This document shows, in pieces, positions 26,056 to 39,000 of a stretch of 64,000 nucleotides of DNA; position 1 is the stretch's first letter; each line of letters starts with the position of its first letter. Both the position numbers and the translations under genes were made by a program. The notes beneath the pieces are model-generated. The model searched no databases and was not told where the DNA came from. It saw only the letters and a list, made by a program, of their open reading frames with translations. This DNA comes from Saccostrea cucullata (taxonomy: Eukaryota). The stretch is from assembly GCF_032062105.1 (NCBI RefSeq), contig NW_026935030.1, positions 372,001 to 436,000 of the forward strand, given 5' to 3'.

Positions 26056-27359
26056 AAGATTTCCTACTAGTACTTATGTGGCTTTATAACGTACATTGTA
26101 AGAGCTAGGGATTTTTCTGTCTTTCTGATCATGACAAGGAGCACGATGCGGTTATGCCCGGTCGACAGTCAAGTCAAACCCTCAATGGCACCTGATACCA
26201 CCCCTAATCTTTTATAGGTCTGTTTTTGTTTTCAATCTGCATTGTTTCAATGAAAATTTGAGCTTGATTTATACCATTTGTTATCTCCATATAATTTATT
26301 CAAGGAGTCCCTTAAAAGTGGATTAGAATCTATTCTCTCTTAACCGCTTAAAAACAGAAAGATCATTGTACTACACAGTCTACAGCTGCAGTAAATGAAC
26401 TTGTTTCTTAAACGGGCTTCATTATATCACTTTATAATGTTGCTGATGTGAACATAACAAACAAGCTACAAACCACTGAAATAATATGCCACACGACCTT
26501 TGCATCACTTCAATTAAAACATGTAGAAAGACAGGGCGAAAGTTGACTTAGGACTCTTTCCTCCCACCAGAAGAAGCGTTTCAAGCTATGGTACCGATCT
26601 TACATATAACTACAGCCACTTAACAATCATAACACTACAGTTTCTAGAAAACGCCAGGATACGCCCCTGAGATCTTACCACGTAGAACTCCGGCTCTCCA
26701 ATCCTCACACTACATGACTCAAATCTCACTCACTCGACTTCAAAATGCTTATTTTAACTAAAAACATTTTACTCTATTTTTTGTAAAAACGACAATAAGC
26801 TGACAATAATGTTGAATTTCCTTCAAAGTTAGACTATATTAGTTTAAATCTAAACAGCAAAAAATATAAACCTCTCGTAAATATAGAAAAATTAAAGAAT
26901 ATAACTGAAAGATCAAACTTTAGGGAATAGAATTAAAACCCTTGGTAATAAAAACGTCTTGTTACAAGCACCGTACACCTTACTGTAAAAGCTCTTACAT
27001 GGTAAAGAAATAGTCCAATTACATGTTCAGGTTATCTGCAGCCAGCGATCTATATTTTAACTTTGAGTGTCACTGCGTAAAATTTTTATGTTCCAATTTA
27101 TACTTTTCACTGTTGTTAAACCTTTTCTACAATTATAGTAATGAATTGCATGTTGATAGAAAACAGTTTGAACAATAAATCTCAAAATTGATTAGAATTT
27201 TTAGTATAGATCTAAATAAGACACAATACATTTCAAATGCTTATCATGGACGGTTACGCATAGAAATTAGGAAACTATTAAGGTTCTATTGATAAGAATA
27301 TATATGATCAGTAGATTCGGACATACAAGCATTATTTTCAGGCTGGGCAAGAACACAAG

Positions 27360-28181
27360 ATGTACTTACTGACAGGACTAACATTATGTACAGTGTCACT
27401 TATTGTTCTGGTAAGTCTTTGCCCCTGAATACTGCTGTTTCATTCTTAATTCTTTTTAGGTAAGAAATATTTGTAAACAAAAACACAACTTTTCTATGGT
27501 ACTTGTACTAACTCGTACGGTTGTTGAAACTAGAATATATTGTAGATAATTTGGAAATGTCAAAAGCAATGAATATTATCAAACAAAGAATTACTTCTAA
27601 TATATTAAAATATTTTAATTTTCTCTATCTGGTAGGGTGCTTTGAGGGATGAATGTGCCTCTAACAGTGATTGCCCCACCACACACTGCTGTGTGACGGA
27701 TTACCACGGGAAGTACTGTTCCGCCTATCAGAACGCCTCCCAGCCTTGCCATCTCCCTGGTCATTCACTTCACCTCTATCATTGTAACTGTGCTCCGGGT
27801 AATTCATGTTTGAATTCTACTCACCTCTCATGTACCAACGTTCTCGAAAATGTATTCGACAATTTTAATGAAACTGCAGTCTTATTGTGTATGCGCAGTT
27901 AAAAGAAAATTATTTAATGCATTATGGTCAGCATTGGTATGGAACCGGTTTTTATTAAACCAAGAAACATGAAAAGTATTCTGTTTTGCATCAAGTCAAT
28001 ATGTCCGCTGCAGTTTGTGAAGTTCTAAATGTGATTATATTAATATATGATATGTTTTGTTGAAGGTCACAATTGCCAACCATTCCATTTATCTGCGGAG
28101 GGGTCAATAGCTGGTGCTCTTCATCAAGTGGAAGAAATCATGACACACACCGGTTTTGGGACATGCGAACCAATTGTATAG
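27360..28181 (+). CDS. Secreted prokineticin/astakine/colipase-fold cysteine-rich protein, 109 aa, 3 exons: 27360-27410, 27636-27798, 28066-28181
   Basis: Signal peptide MYLLTGLTLCTVSLIVLGA; mature Cys spacing C-x5-C-x4-CC-x8-C-x9-C-x11-C-x-C-x5-C-x29-C matches the prokineticin/AVIT framework; GT-AG introns, phases 0,1. Confidence 0.85.
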
Positions 28182-28789
28182 ATCTGCACCATTTGATTAA
28201 ATTTATAAAATATGAAATATCTATACAATTCACTTTTATTTTATTATTAAAATTTTGTATGTCCCTCAACAACTTTACTTTGTCTATTCGAAGACATGTT
28301 CCATCATACGAGATTTTTAATTAGTTTTTAATTTTTTTCCCATCCCAAGGAAAATAGTTATTAATTTTTCTTAGATTTTTATCTAGCAACGATCATCTTT
28401 GGTAGATTTAATATTTTTTTTCTAAAATGAAGGGTTAAGCATCCTATAATACTTACTGTCAAGAAGTACATTTGAAGAATATAAAGAGTGCTTTATCAAA
28501 TTGGCACAAGTGTGAGTGTTTTCCCTTTAATTAATGACCATTTGTTTTATTCTACGTTGCGTACAATTTTGTTACAGAAGGCATGCTGAAGAGATATAAC
28601 ATTTGATTCACAAAATAACACAGTAGGTTTTGTCATATGCTGAAGACTTTTAATGATCGCAGAAATTTGATTTGAAGTGCGTTTATAATGAGGAGTTGCC
28701 CTTAATAATACCCCATGACTATGGAGTATCATTTCATTTAGAATTAAATATTTATGGTTGCTGTTGAATAACAATTGTTCAACTTGGTA

Positions 28790-29879
28790 CAGGTTATCCT
28801 TGATTCAACTGATTCAAGTTTATTTAAATAAAAGATCAAACCATATTCCAAGGGGAGATACAGTTATCAAGAAATATTGAAAATTTGTAGGGTTTATTTT
28901 AAAATATTTACATCCACTGTTATCTTAAGAAACCCCAGAAATAAACTACAGTAGGCAAAATTTTAGTTCCATCAATGGTATAAAGACGTTATCATTAATA
29001 AAATATCTTTTTAATCTACTTTAATTGATTATTTAAACAGATATAAATATAAACAATAAAATGTCTTTCTTTGTTTGTTATTACTGGACAGAAAAAATTT
29101 AATAAACGCGGGTTATGATGAAACTTGTTCAGTCCAGTAATAAGGCTTAAGAACAACTTGGACAAAAAAGATGAAACTTGTTTGAAGGCTTCCTGAGATA
29201 ACGTAGATTCGGTTTTCTTCAAACTAGGCCCCTGGGGTGTATCTAACTTTTTTTTAGAACAGGAAAACTTTTAAAAGACATACCTGTTTGGAAAAATCTT
29301 CAGGTAATTTAGTTCAAGCTTAGTTTAAACATGAAGCTCCCCAGTAGGGGGAGGGGGCGGTTAAAATGCGGCTCAGTGGGTGATCAAAGTCTTACATTAA
29401 AAGTCATAGATATTTTTTTCATGATAGTCATGACTAGTTATGTTTTGTATAGATTCAAATTGTTCATGTCATGAACCTCTTGGGTAGGGTGGGGTCACTT
29501 TGGGCAAGTTTTAATGGGTTTTTACTATGTAGGAATTAGTTTTCAAAAATCTCAAAAACAATAAAGCCATGATCACTTATATAGAAGTACCTTAAGGTAA
29601 TGATCATGACCCCTGGGGGCAGGGTAGGGCCACAATGGGCAAAAAGAATACATAAAAAATATCTTTAATATATCCTATTGTTATACCAGGGTATTTTGCC
29701 GAAAGCATTCTTAGGATTGATTCAAATTTGTTCAAATCATAATCCCAAGGGGTAGGTTGGGGCTACAATTGGTAATCAAATTTTTACATAGGAATATATA
29801 GGAAGAAGAGTCAGCTGATGCAAATCAAGAAAGTCAAAAATTATTCCGGTCAGGGTTGTAGTTCACGAGCCTCTTGTTT
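28790..29879 (-). mobile_element. Degenerate HINE with Cg170-related repeat units
   Basis: Recurrent GATTCAAATTTGTTCAAATCAT..GGGTAGGGTGGGGCCACAAT units, ending in GAGCCTCTTGTT (reverse complement of the ACAAGAGGC HINE terminus). Confidence 0.55.
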
Positions 29880-30083
29880 AAGATACCAGCGTTGTTTAAA
29901 TGTATGCCTTCTAGAATACAGAATTCGAGAATACGATTGGCAAGGTCTTGTCCTTTCTGTATCGTGATTTTAACGTTTTCCGGGTCTGATTAATGACCCT
30001 CTTAGCTACTTAGAATGTTGCGATGTATATATGTAAAACTTTTCGTTTTTATACTGCGTATACGATTGTTTGCTCTGTACAAG

Positions 30084-33000
30084 ATGCTGCGGTGCATATT
30101 TTTTTCGGTTATGATTATGGCAAGTACTTTGTCTATTTTCAGTTCCTTTTTACAATACCATAAGGAACTCTTACTCGCTAATTATTAACTTTTTTGTGAT
30201 CAATTTTTTAAAACTATTTTATATCTTGATAATTTAAAAATCTATTCTTTATTTTTTTTTATTTTACAGGTGTCAATGGGCTCATTGAATCCGGGTCATT
30301 TCTCCCCAGTACCTGCTCCGCCTAGGTCATTTCCGCCCAAGTCATTTCTCTCCTGGGTCATTTCCCTCCATTACCCAGGTCATTTCTCTCCACAACCTAG
30401 GTCATTTCACTCCAACGCAAAAATTATAATGTAATAAGTTTAATTTTAATTAGTTTTATTAATTTCCATCGTTATTGAATTTAACGCTAACTTTATTTAT
30501 TTTATTTTATCTTATATATTCATTTATTAATTCACACATGTATGTTTTATTTATTTATAAGTTCACACATTTATTGTTTATTTTATTCATAATTTTAATA
30601 TTTATGAATTCACTCATTTATTTGTAAATTTATTTTTTTTTTAGAATTCTTTCGTGGTTTAATTCATTCCTTTATTTGTTAATTTTTTAAATTAATTAAT
30701 TTATACAATCTTGAACTAGCTTTTTAAAAGGGCCGAGGCATATGATTATTTATTTTCATTCATTCATTCTAAGACTTGTTTTCTTTCTTTTTAATGGAAT
30801 TAGCTGCAGAACTGTAGCTCTCCGAAAAAATATATAGAGACAGTCCGGCCTGTCCAAGAAAAAAAAATTCGGAGAGCTACAGTTATGCAGCTATAATGGA
30901 ATATAAAATAACTTTAAATGCGATAACAGAAATATTTTATTTTAATCTTCTTTCTTTAACAGTTAAATTCATTATCAAGTAGACTTCAAGTGAATTTGTT
31001 TATTGTCCTGTCATCTGTCGTTTATGGTCTTTATCAGGAATAAATATATGATTGTTAGAATTCGTAATTGTTGTCTTGCGGTTTTATGGTACCCTACAAG
31101 GTGTTTTTTTTATCATCATGCTGGTGCATATGCTTATCCGTAAATTGTCGATTTCACAGATTGACAACACAATATCTCCTTTAGTGTTTAGACAAAATAT
31201 GTCAACTTGTACAAAGATGTGTTCAGCCAGATTATTATATAAATAAGAATTTTCCCCCCACTTTTTATTACATTAGAATAAAAATCTAATATACATGGAC
31301 TGTAATACTTCCTAGCGATCAAAATTTTTAGGCAAGATGACGAATCCTACGTGTGTGCATTGTCACAGTCAAGTAAGTTTTAACTAACTTTTTAGACTTC
31401 ATTTTTTTTTCAAATATTAAGACATGCTTTCTATGTACAACAGTGGAACCTCCCTCCCCCCACCCCCCCACCCCCACTTACAAGTTTATTCTTAGAACAC
31501 AAAATCAATGTGCTGATGCATGGATTTTAAATTTAAAATGTCCCGATTGTTACAAACATTTTTCTGCATTATATTCTGTATGTGCATACATGTAATAGAC
31601 TTCTCATGAATGACTCCTTAATAATAAAACGTAAGTATTGAACAGTCTAAAGATCTAGCTCACATAAGAGTCATATGTCTTTGCTCTTTCAAAAAGCTAG
31701 TTCAAATTTGTGTTATAATTGGAAAATTTTTGTTTGTACTTAAAATTTACGATCTCTGGTATAACAGTGGTATAACAGTGAAAACTGAACGCCATGGATA
31801 AATTGCGTATAAAAATGAGATAATTTTTTGTATTGAATCCAAGAATATGTAAAGTTTTAGGGACAGTAAATTATTTGACATACATGTATACTGAGAGCAT
31901 CAAGATTACTACAATTCCTAAACAACATTTTATACAGTCCTAATAATGTATTCTTTCGTAATTTCGTAAATTACAGATTATTCGCAGATTACATTATATT
32001 GAAAAAGGAGGAGGGATTTAAATAATTTTTTTTACAGAGATTCATACATGTAAGGATCGTTTAAATGGCGTAATATACTAGTATTTTAAACATCTTAAAA
32101 ATTGCAAGCCATTCCCGGCGAAGTTGTGGAGGTGTCTATTGCCACATCGAAATCTTGTAATTCATTTTTTAAAGAGATATTTCTTCCGTTGTTACATTCC
32201 CATTAATTCATGTGATTTGGCTACTTTGTACATATGGTATACCTGGTAAATACCTCGGTATTGCATTTTAGGTTTTTTTATAATATTGATAGCATTTTTA
32301 CGTCTTTGTTTTCTTCGCGTTTTTATTGTTTATAGTTTTATAAATGTACAAATATTCAAAATAATTATTGGTAAATATTTGCATACTTTTACTTGTGTAT
32401 CTGGTTTCATAATATATATTTTGAAGTAACCTTTGTTTTCTAAAAATTATATTTATATTTTTAGCTGCAGAACTGTAGCTCTCTAATAAGAAATGTATCG
32501 ACAGACCTACAGTTCTGCTGCTTTTATTTTATGTCATGTCTATTTTCTCCCCTTTTCCTCCTAAGATCTAAAGTGACATAATATAATTTAAAACTGTTTT
32601 ATTTTTCATTCCCACGTATTTGTATCGTCAAACATTATAAATCAATCAATAAAAGCAAATTTTTATGTATTATTTTTCTAATTTTCGAGTTTGATCATCA
32701 TCAATATAATATTCAGTTTATAGACAAAATTTCATCATCGGCTAGGGTAAAAATTGTTATTTTAACAAATTTCAAAATTATTACCCTTAACAAGAAGGCA
32801 TCCACAATTCAATTCAATTCAATTCAATTTATTCTCTCAAAACCATGTAAATGGTACATGAGGTAAAAAAACATATAAAACATATATACATATAATACAA
32901 GATTTGCCCAATATTTTATCATTCTTGAGTAAATATTTATGTGTAATGGAAACCTACCAGTTTCTCCATAAATCACATAACTCGAAGTGCTACTTTTCAA

Positions 33001-36000
33001 ATTCAGTATATGTTTTAAATAACGTAAATGTACTCGTTCAATAATATCGATATTTTCATACCCCATATTTCACAGCCATATAACAATACTGGTAAAACTA
33101 CTTTATCAAACAAATCCAATTGACATTCGAAGGGGAGATTAAACTGCCTAATTTTACGTATCACACCATACATTGCCTTTTGTGCTTGTTCACATAGGTG
33201 TTTTCTTGCTTTACATAATGAGCCTGTACGAGAAAATACAATCCCTAAATAATTAAAATCCTTAACTACTTCTATGATACTGCCATTATATGTAAAAATA
33301 TTCTTTGGCTGTCTGCCCTTTGAAAAAATAAGTATCTTTGTTTTCTTGATATTCACACATAATTTCCATTCTTCACAATATTTGTAAAATTCATTTAATG
33401 CTCTCTGAAGATCTTCAGCAGTTTCGGCAAGAATTACAGTATCATCGGAATAAAATAAGATAAACAGTTTCATATACAAAAACAACTCATCCTGTATACC
33501 TTTGCTAATACTAGACAAACCAACAATATTCTTTTTTGTCAAAAAATCTTCCAAGTCATTAATATATAATGAGAATAAGAAAGGCGATAAGTTTTCACCT
33601 TGTCGTACACCAACATTACAATTAAAAAATTCAGATGACAGACCATTCATTTGTATTTTAGATTTTATACCACTATACATATTTTTAATAAAAGTAAAAC
33701 ATTTACCATTGACCCCACTTCTAAGAAGTTTGCACCAAAGTCCCTCACGCCAGACTGTATCAAACGCTTGTTTAAAGTCTATAAACGCACAAAACAATTT
33801 TCTCTTGCTGTTAATCAATGTCTGGGATAAAAATTGTAATAATAGGATATTGTCTAAAGTAGAGTAACCTTTTCTGAACCCAGTCTGACTTTCTTTAATA
33901 AGCATAACTTCTTCTGCATAATTTTCTAAACGGCTACCAAATATTCTTGTAAAAAGTTTACCTAAACAGCTTAGAAGGGTAATCGGGCGGTAATTTTCAG
34001 GATGCGTTGGGTCACCCTTATTTTTGTAGATTGGTTTCAGGATACCAATTAACCAGTTTTCTGGTACGATACCAGTTTCAAAAATAAGATTGAAAAAAGT
34101 TTATAAATTGGCAAAAATAATGGCAAAGTTGTTCTTATGTGCTCATTTAAAATATTATCGAAGCCCGGGGTCTTACTGTTCTTTAAATCATTGACAGCTG
34201 ATGAAATTTCCTCCCTGGTAATTGGATAATCTAACAGCTCACTATTATTGTAATTATCTACATGTAAATAGTTAGGCCAATTAACCTCAGTACATTCAGT
34301 ATTGCTAGTTTCATTCATTTCTCTAAAATAATTAAACATCGAGTCTAAATCCGCAGAGCCTTGTTCTGATCTTTTAGTACTGTTAAGAATGTTCCAATAT
34401 TCTTTTGTATTTGTTGTACGTAATTTCATAAGTTTCTGCGATAAGTCTTTTCTGTACTGTTTTATTGAGTTATCCATTACCTTTTTGCAATATTTACTTG
34501 CTTTCTTCAGACTTTCTTTATTTTCAATCGTTTTATTTGCGTTATTTATGCGCTTCGCTAAATGAAATTTTCTCCTTGCTGTTTTACAGTTACCGTTAAA
34601 CCATGGTTTATCTTTTTTCTTTACATTACAAGTTCGAAAACTTTTCCTTCCGAATGATTTCTCAGCAGCATTGAAAAATGTATCACACATTCTTGAAATT
34701 ACATTGTTGACACTTTCATTAGTAACATTATTTGAGGTTCTTAAATCTAATAGTTCTTGTTCGATACTTTTTAAAATAGACTTGTCGATGTTTTCACGGA
34801 AATCGTCTGCTTTGTCATTCGACCAGAGCGTTACACGTGATTGGTTATTTACAGGTGTGTTACTAACGGTAGATATAATTTGCTCAATAACAATGCTAAA
34901 TGAAACAGGGCTATATACGTCTGAAAACATTTCACAAAATTCTAGGATGTCAAAGTTTCTTAACAGTTTGAACATTTCCATACTTGCTAGAACATAATCG
35001 ACTGTGCTAGTATTTTTACAAGTGAGTGCTCCTACATCTCTATCGCTACCTACGCGACCATTGACAATATACACATTATTATTTATACAAAAATCTATCA
35101 TCTTATAACCGAAGTTATTATTTGAAAAATCTTTTACAGTCCTGTCAAGAGGAATGTTTACATTATCAAAAAACGTTTCAATATCGTTATTATCAACGCC
35201 AGAATTACATTGTTTAACATTTGTTAAAAATTCATCTGTTATAATAAAGTCATTCAATTTGCCCACTCTGGAATTAAAATCCCCCAGCAAACAAACATGT
35301 TTACAATCTTTGGATATAGACATGAGCTCTTGTTCTATTTCAGTAAAACAATCTGGGGATGAATACTTGCTATTTTCTGGAGGGATATATACAATACCAA
35401 AATAAATGTCCTCCTCCAGATGAAATAGCGATCTATTACATTTGAACCATAATACATATTTACAATCTGTATTGATTATTTTGATATATTTGACAATGGA
35501 ATATCTAATTAATAAAGCAATGCCACCTGATTTTACTCTAGATAATTTACATCTGTTTTTTAAATTATATCATATGAAGAAATAAGATCATTAAATTCCG
35601 TATACTGAAGTCTTCTATTTACACCACAAACATTTAATGATAAAAGCTTTATTTCATTATTTTCTGTCATCAATATAATATTCAGTTTATAGACAAAATT
35701 TCATCATCGGCTAGGGTAAAAATTGTTATTTTAACAAATTTCAAAATTATTACCCTTAACAAGAAGGCATCCACGTGGCAAGGGCTGGACAACGGTATCA
35801 ATTTATTGTTATTAATATTAGATATTTAATTTTTCACATGTAGATAAAATTCCGAAACACTTTCTCTCGTTCGATTTTTATTGGTCATAAATAGATAAAA
35901 TTAATTTATTTTACAAGATAAAAGTTAATAGCACAAGAATGAAATTGTAAATAATTATATAAGACCAGATTAAAATGGGGTGAAATGACCCAGGTAGGAG

Positions 36001-39000
36001 AGAGAAATGACCTACCGTGAAATGACCTACCGTGAAATGGTAGGAGAGAGAAATAACCTGGGAGAGAAAAAGTTTTAGAGAGAAATGACCTGACACCAAC
36101 GGGCTGTGAAAGTAAGTATTTGCAGTAGTAATGCAGCAGTATTAGGAGCGTATATATATTCTTGACATTTTTTTCAAAAGACATCATAAAATGTAACAAA
36201 TTCTAATTTTGTTATGAATTTTAATTCAGGTTTACAATGCACTAACAGTCCCGTGGATCTAGTGTTCCTCATTGATTCCTCTTCCAGCATTTTTCCGAAC
36301 GATTTTACACGTCAGCTGGAATTTTTGGAAAACATAACAGGAGAAATGGACATCGGTCAGCATTTTAACCAATCCAGAGTTGCGGTAATCTCTTTCAGTG
36401 ATGAACCGCGATTGGAATTTACATTAAGCAATTGCACCGAGAAAAAAGACGTACTGGAGGCCATCAGAAGAATTAGCTACATGTCTGGCGGAACCAACAC
36501 CGCATCTGCCATCCACCTGGCTGTGAACGAGGTGTTTAAATCAAAAACTGGTGCTAGAAAAGGAGTAAAGAATATAATTGTTGTTATTACTGATGGAGAA
36601 AGCTTTTCGGAGTCTGAAACAAAAAAATCGGCTTCGCAGGCAAGACATATGGGAATCAATCTGTTTGCAATAGGAGTTGGAACCAGTGTGAATGTGAAAG
36701 AGTTACGTCTAATTGCTGGAAGTTCCGAACACGTCTACCAAGTGTCGAATTACGAAGATCTTAAAAGTATCAAGGATGCCTTGATCAATAAGACTTGCAT
36801 AGGTCTGTTGAGTCTTTAATATGATAATTTATAACAAATTTAGTAATAAAAATGGGTCTTTCGCATATATGCAGTATGACTGACGTCAGCCGCTGATACG
36901 GATCCGACAGGGCTGTTACAGATCTACAGGGATGATACGTATTTTTATCACACCCTTTGTAGATTTAACAGTTCTTTTTAATGTATAAAATAATATATAA
37001 TAAATACACATTTTATTATTCTTTTATTTATTTCTAGTTTCTGACGTAAATGTGTGGTGCGTGCTATAACTTAGTATTTACAATGTAACAAACAAAACAT
37101 TCCCTTTCCTACATCAAATCCCATATTAGCCCTCGACCAATATCAGCCTTTGTGCCTTCAACTCTCTGGTTGATACTGGTGTGATTGACTGATATAGGAT
37201 TTGATGTGTAGAAGGGTATGTATTACTCTCTATGTACCTTTATGATGTTTATTTTGTACATACATATGTACCAGTCATAGTATATCAACGCATGTAATGC
37301 TGTATGCTTTTGTACATCATCTTTAGAAATTCATCAATCAGCATACACCACGAATTTAGAAGAAAACACGCCATTGGATGATACCGTGGACATGAAAAGT
37401 AAGTGATCTTTATAGAGCAGGTCCAAAGACCATAAATTGAGAACAGACTGGAGTCAATATTTTGATTTTCAATATCTTGAGTTTTATTTAATGAATTTGC
37501 ATAAAAAATTTATGCTTAGCATTATATTTCAAACATGTCACGAAAAAAAAAATTGTTTCATTTTTACATTTTTTCAGAAGTTATATTGATTTGAAATATT
37601 GACCTAAGTCTTTTTTTCAGTGTATGGTCTTGGGGCCAGGTCTTCCAAGTGATCTCAAAATTGCCTACTTAGATTTGTTGGCCCTTGATATTATACTTCC
37701 CCTTTAAAATGTTTATTTATTTCACTATAAAACATTATTTATTAACTCTTCATCAAATTTTCCGTGTCTTTAGAAATTCATCAGTCAACAAACACCACAG
37801 ATTTAGAAAAAGATAAAACGTTGAATTGGACCGTGGACTTTGAAAGTGAGTAGTTTTTGAAGAGCATGTCTACCACCTGTCTAACTTAGGAGATCATTTA
37901 AATATGAGAGACAACTTGATCAAAAGGACCTTAGTTTGTTTTTTTCTTTTAATATAATATTGTCCTTTTCCAGTATTCTATTTATGCTACAACAAAATAC
38001 GGTGTTTTTATTCATGAAATGATCTACCTCTGTGTGATTTGTGTAATTTATGAAATTTTCCTTGTTTTTAGAAATTCATCAATCAAAAAACAACACAGAT
38101 TTAGAAAAAGATAAAGCGTTGATTGGGACCTTAAACTTTGAAAGTGAGTAGTTTTTGAAGAGCATGTCTACTATCTAACTTAGGAGATCATTTAAGTATG
38201 AGACAACTTGATCAAAAGGACCTTATTTTTTTTCTTTTAATATAACACTGTCCCTTTCTAGTATTTATTCTATTTATGCTACAACAAAATACGATGTTTT
38301 TATTCATGAAATGGTCTACATTTGTGTGCATCAATCCATAGAAATACATCAAACAACAAATACTTCGAGCATAGAAGACACGCCACAGAATGAGACTGTG
38401 GATTTTGAAAGTAAGTGATTTTCAAAAAGCTCGTCTTCAAAATAAGTATCTAACTTTTGAGATCATTTAGTACAAATGTCCTTTACAAAAACAATAGATT
38501 TTGTCAATTTAAATTTGTTTTGACAATTGTCAGAATCAAACTTAATTTGATAAAAATCTAATTTTTGTAGAAGACACTATTATAAGGACACATTGATCAA
38601 AAGGACTTGTATAGTTCTGTATGAAATTTGATATCAAAATTCACCTATCTGATTTTGAATTTTTATACATAACTGTAAATATAATAGACCAACTCTTTGT
38701 TAAATGTTGTATTTTTGTACATCTGTCTTTAGAAATTCATCAGTCAACAACTACCCAGATTTTACAAGAAGACACTCCAATAAATAAAACAGTGGAGATA
38801 GAATGTAAGTATTTTAGAAAAAAAATATTTTCTTCTCAAGGAATCGCTTTAAATCCAAGTCAAATTTACAGAAAGTATTTATTAATTGTTTTTATTATCA
38901 CGAGTATTATGTACAATATATAACTGAACGTTTAACAAGGCAAGTTTCATGGTTTAGAAACTTTTAGATTGTAGTGGAAAGCCAGCTGATGTTCTTTTCC

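Larger units (their letters stand above)
30287..36097. mobile_element. Composite non-autonomous DNA transposon with subterminal GGTCATTTC repeats (5.8 kb including nested LINE and MITEs)
   Basis: Left end GAATCCGGGTCATTTCTC with 6 GTCATTTC repeats; right end with 5-6 GAAATGACC repeats ending GAAATGACCTGACACC; flanks CTCATT|AACGGG. Confidence 0.75.
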
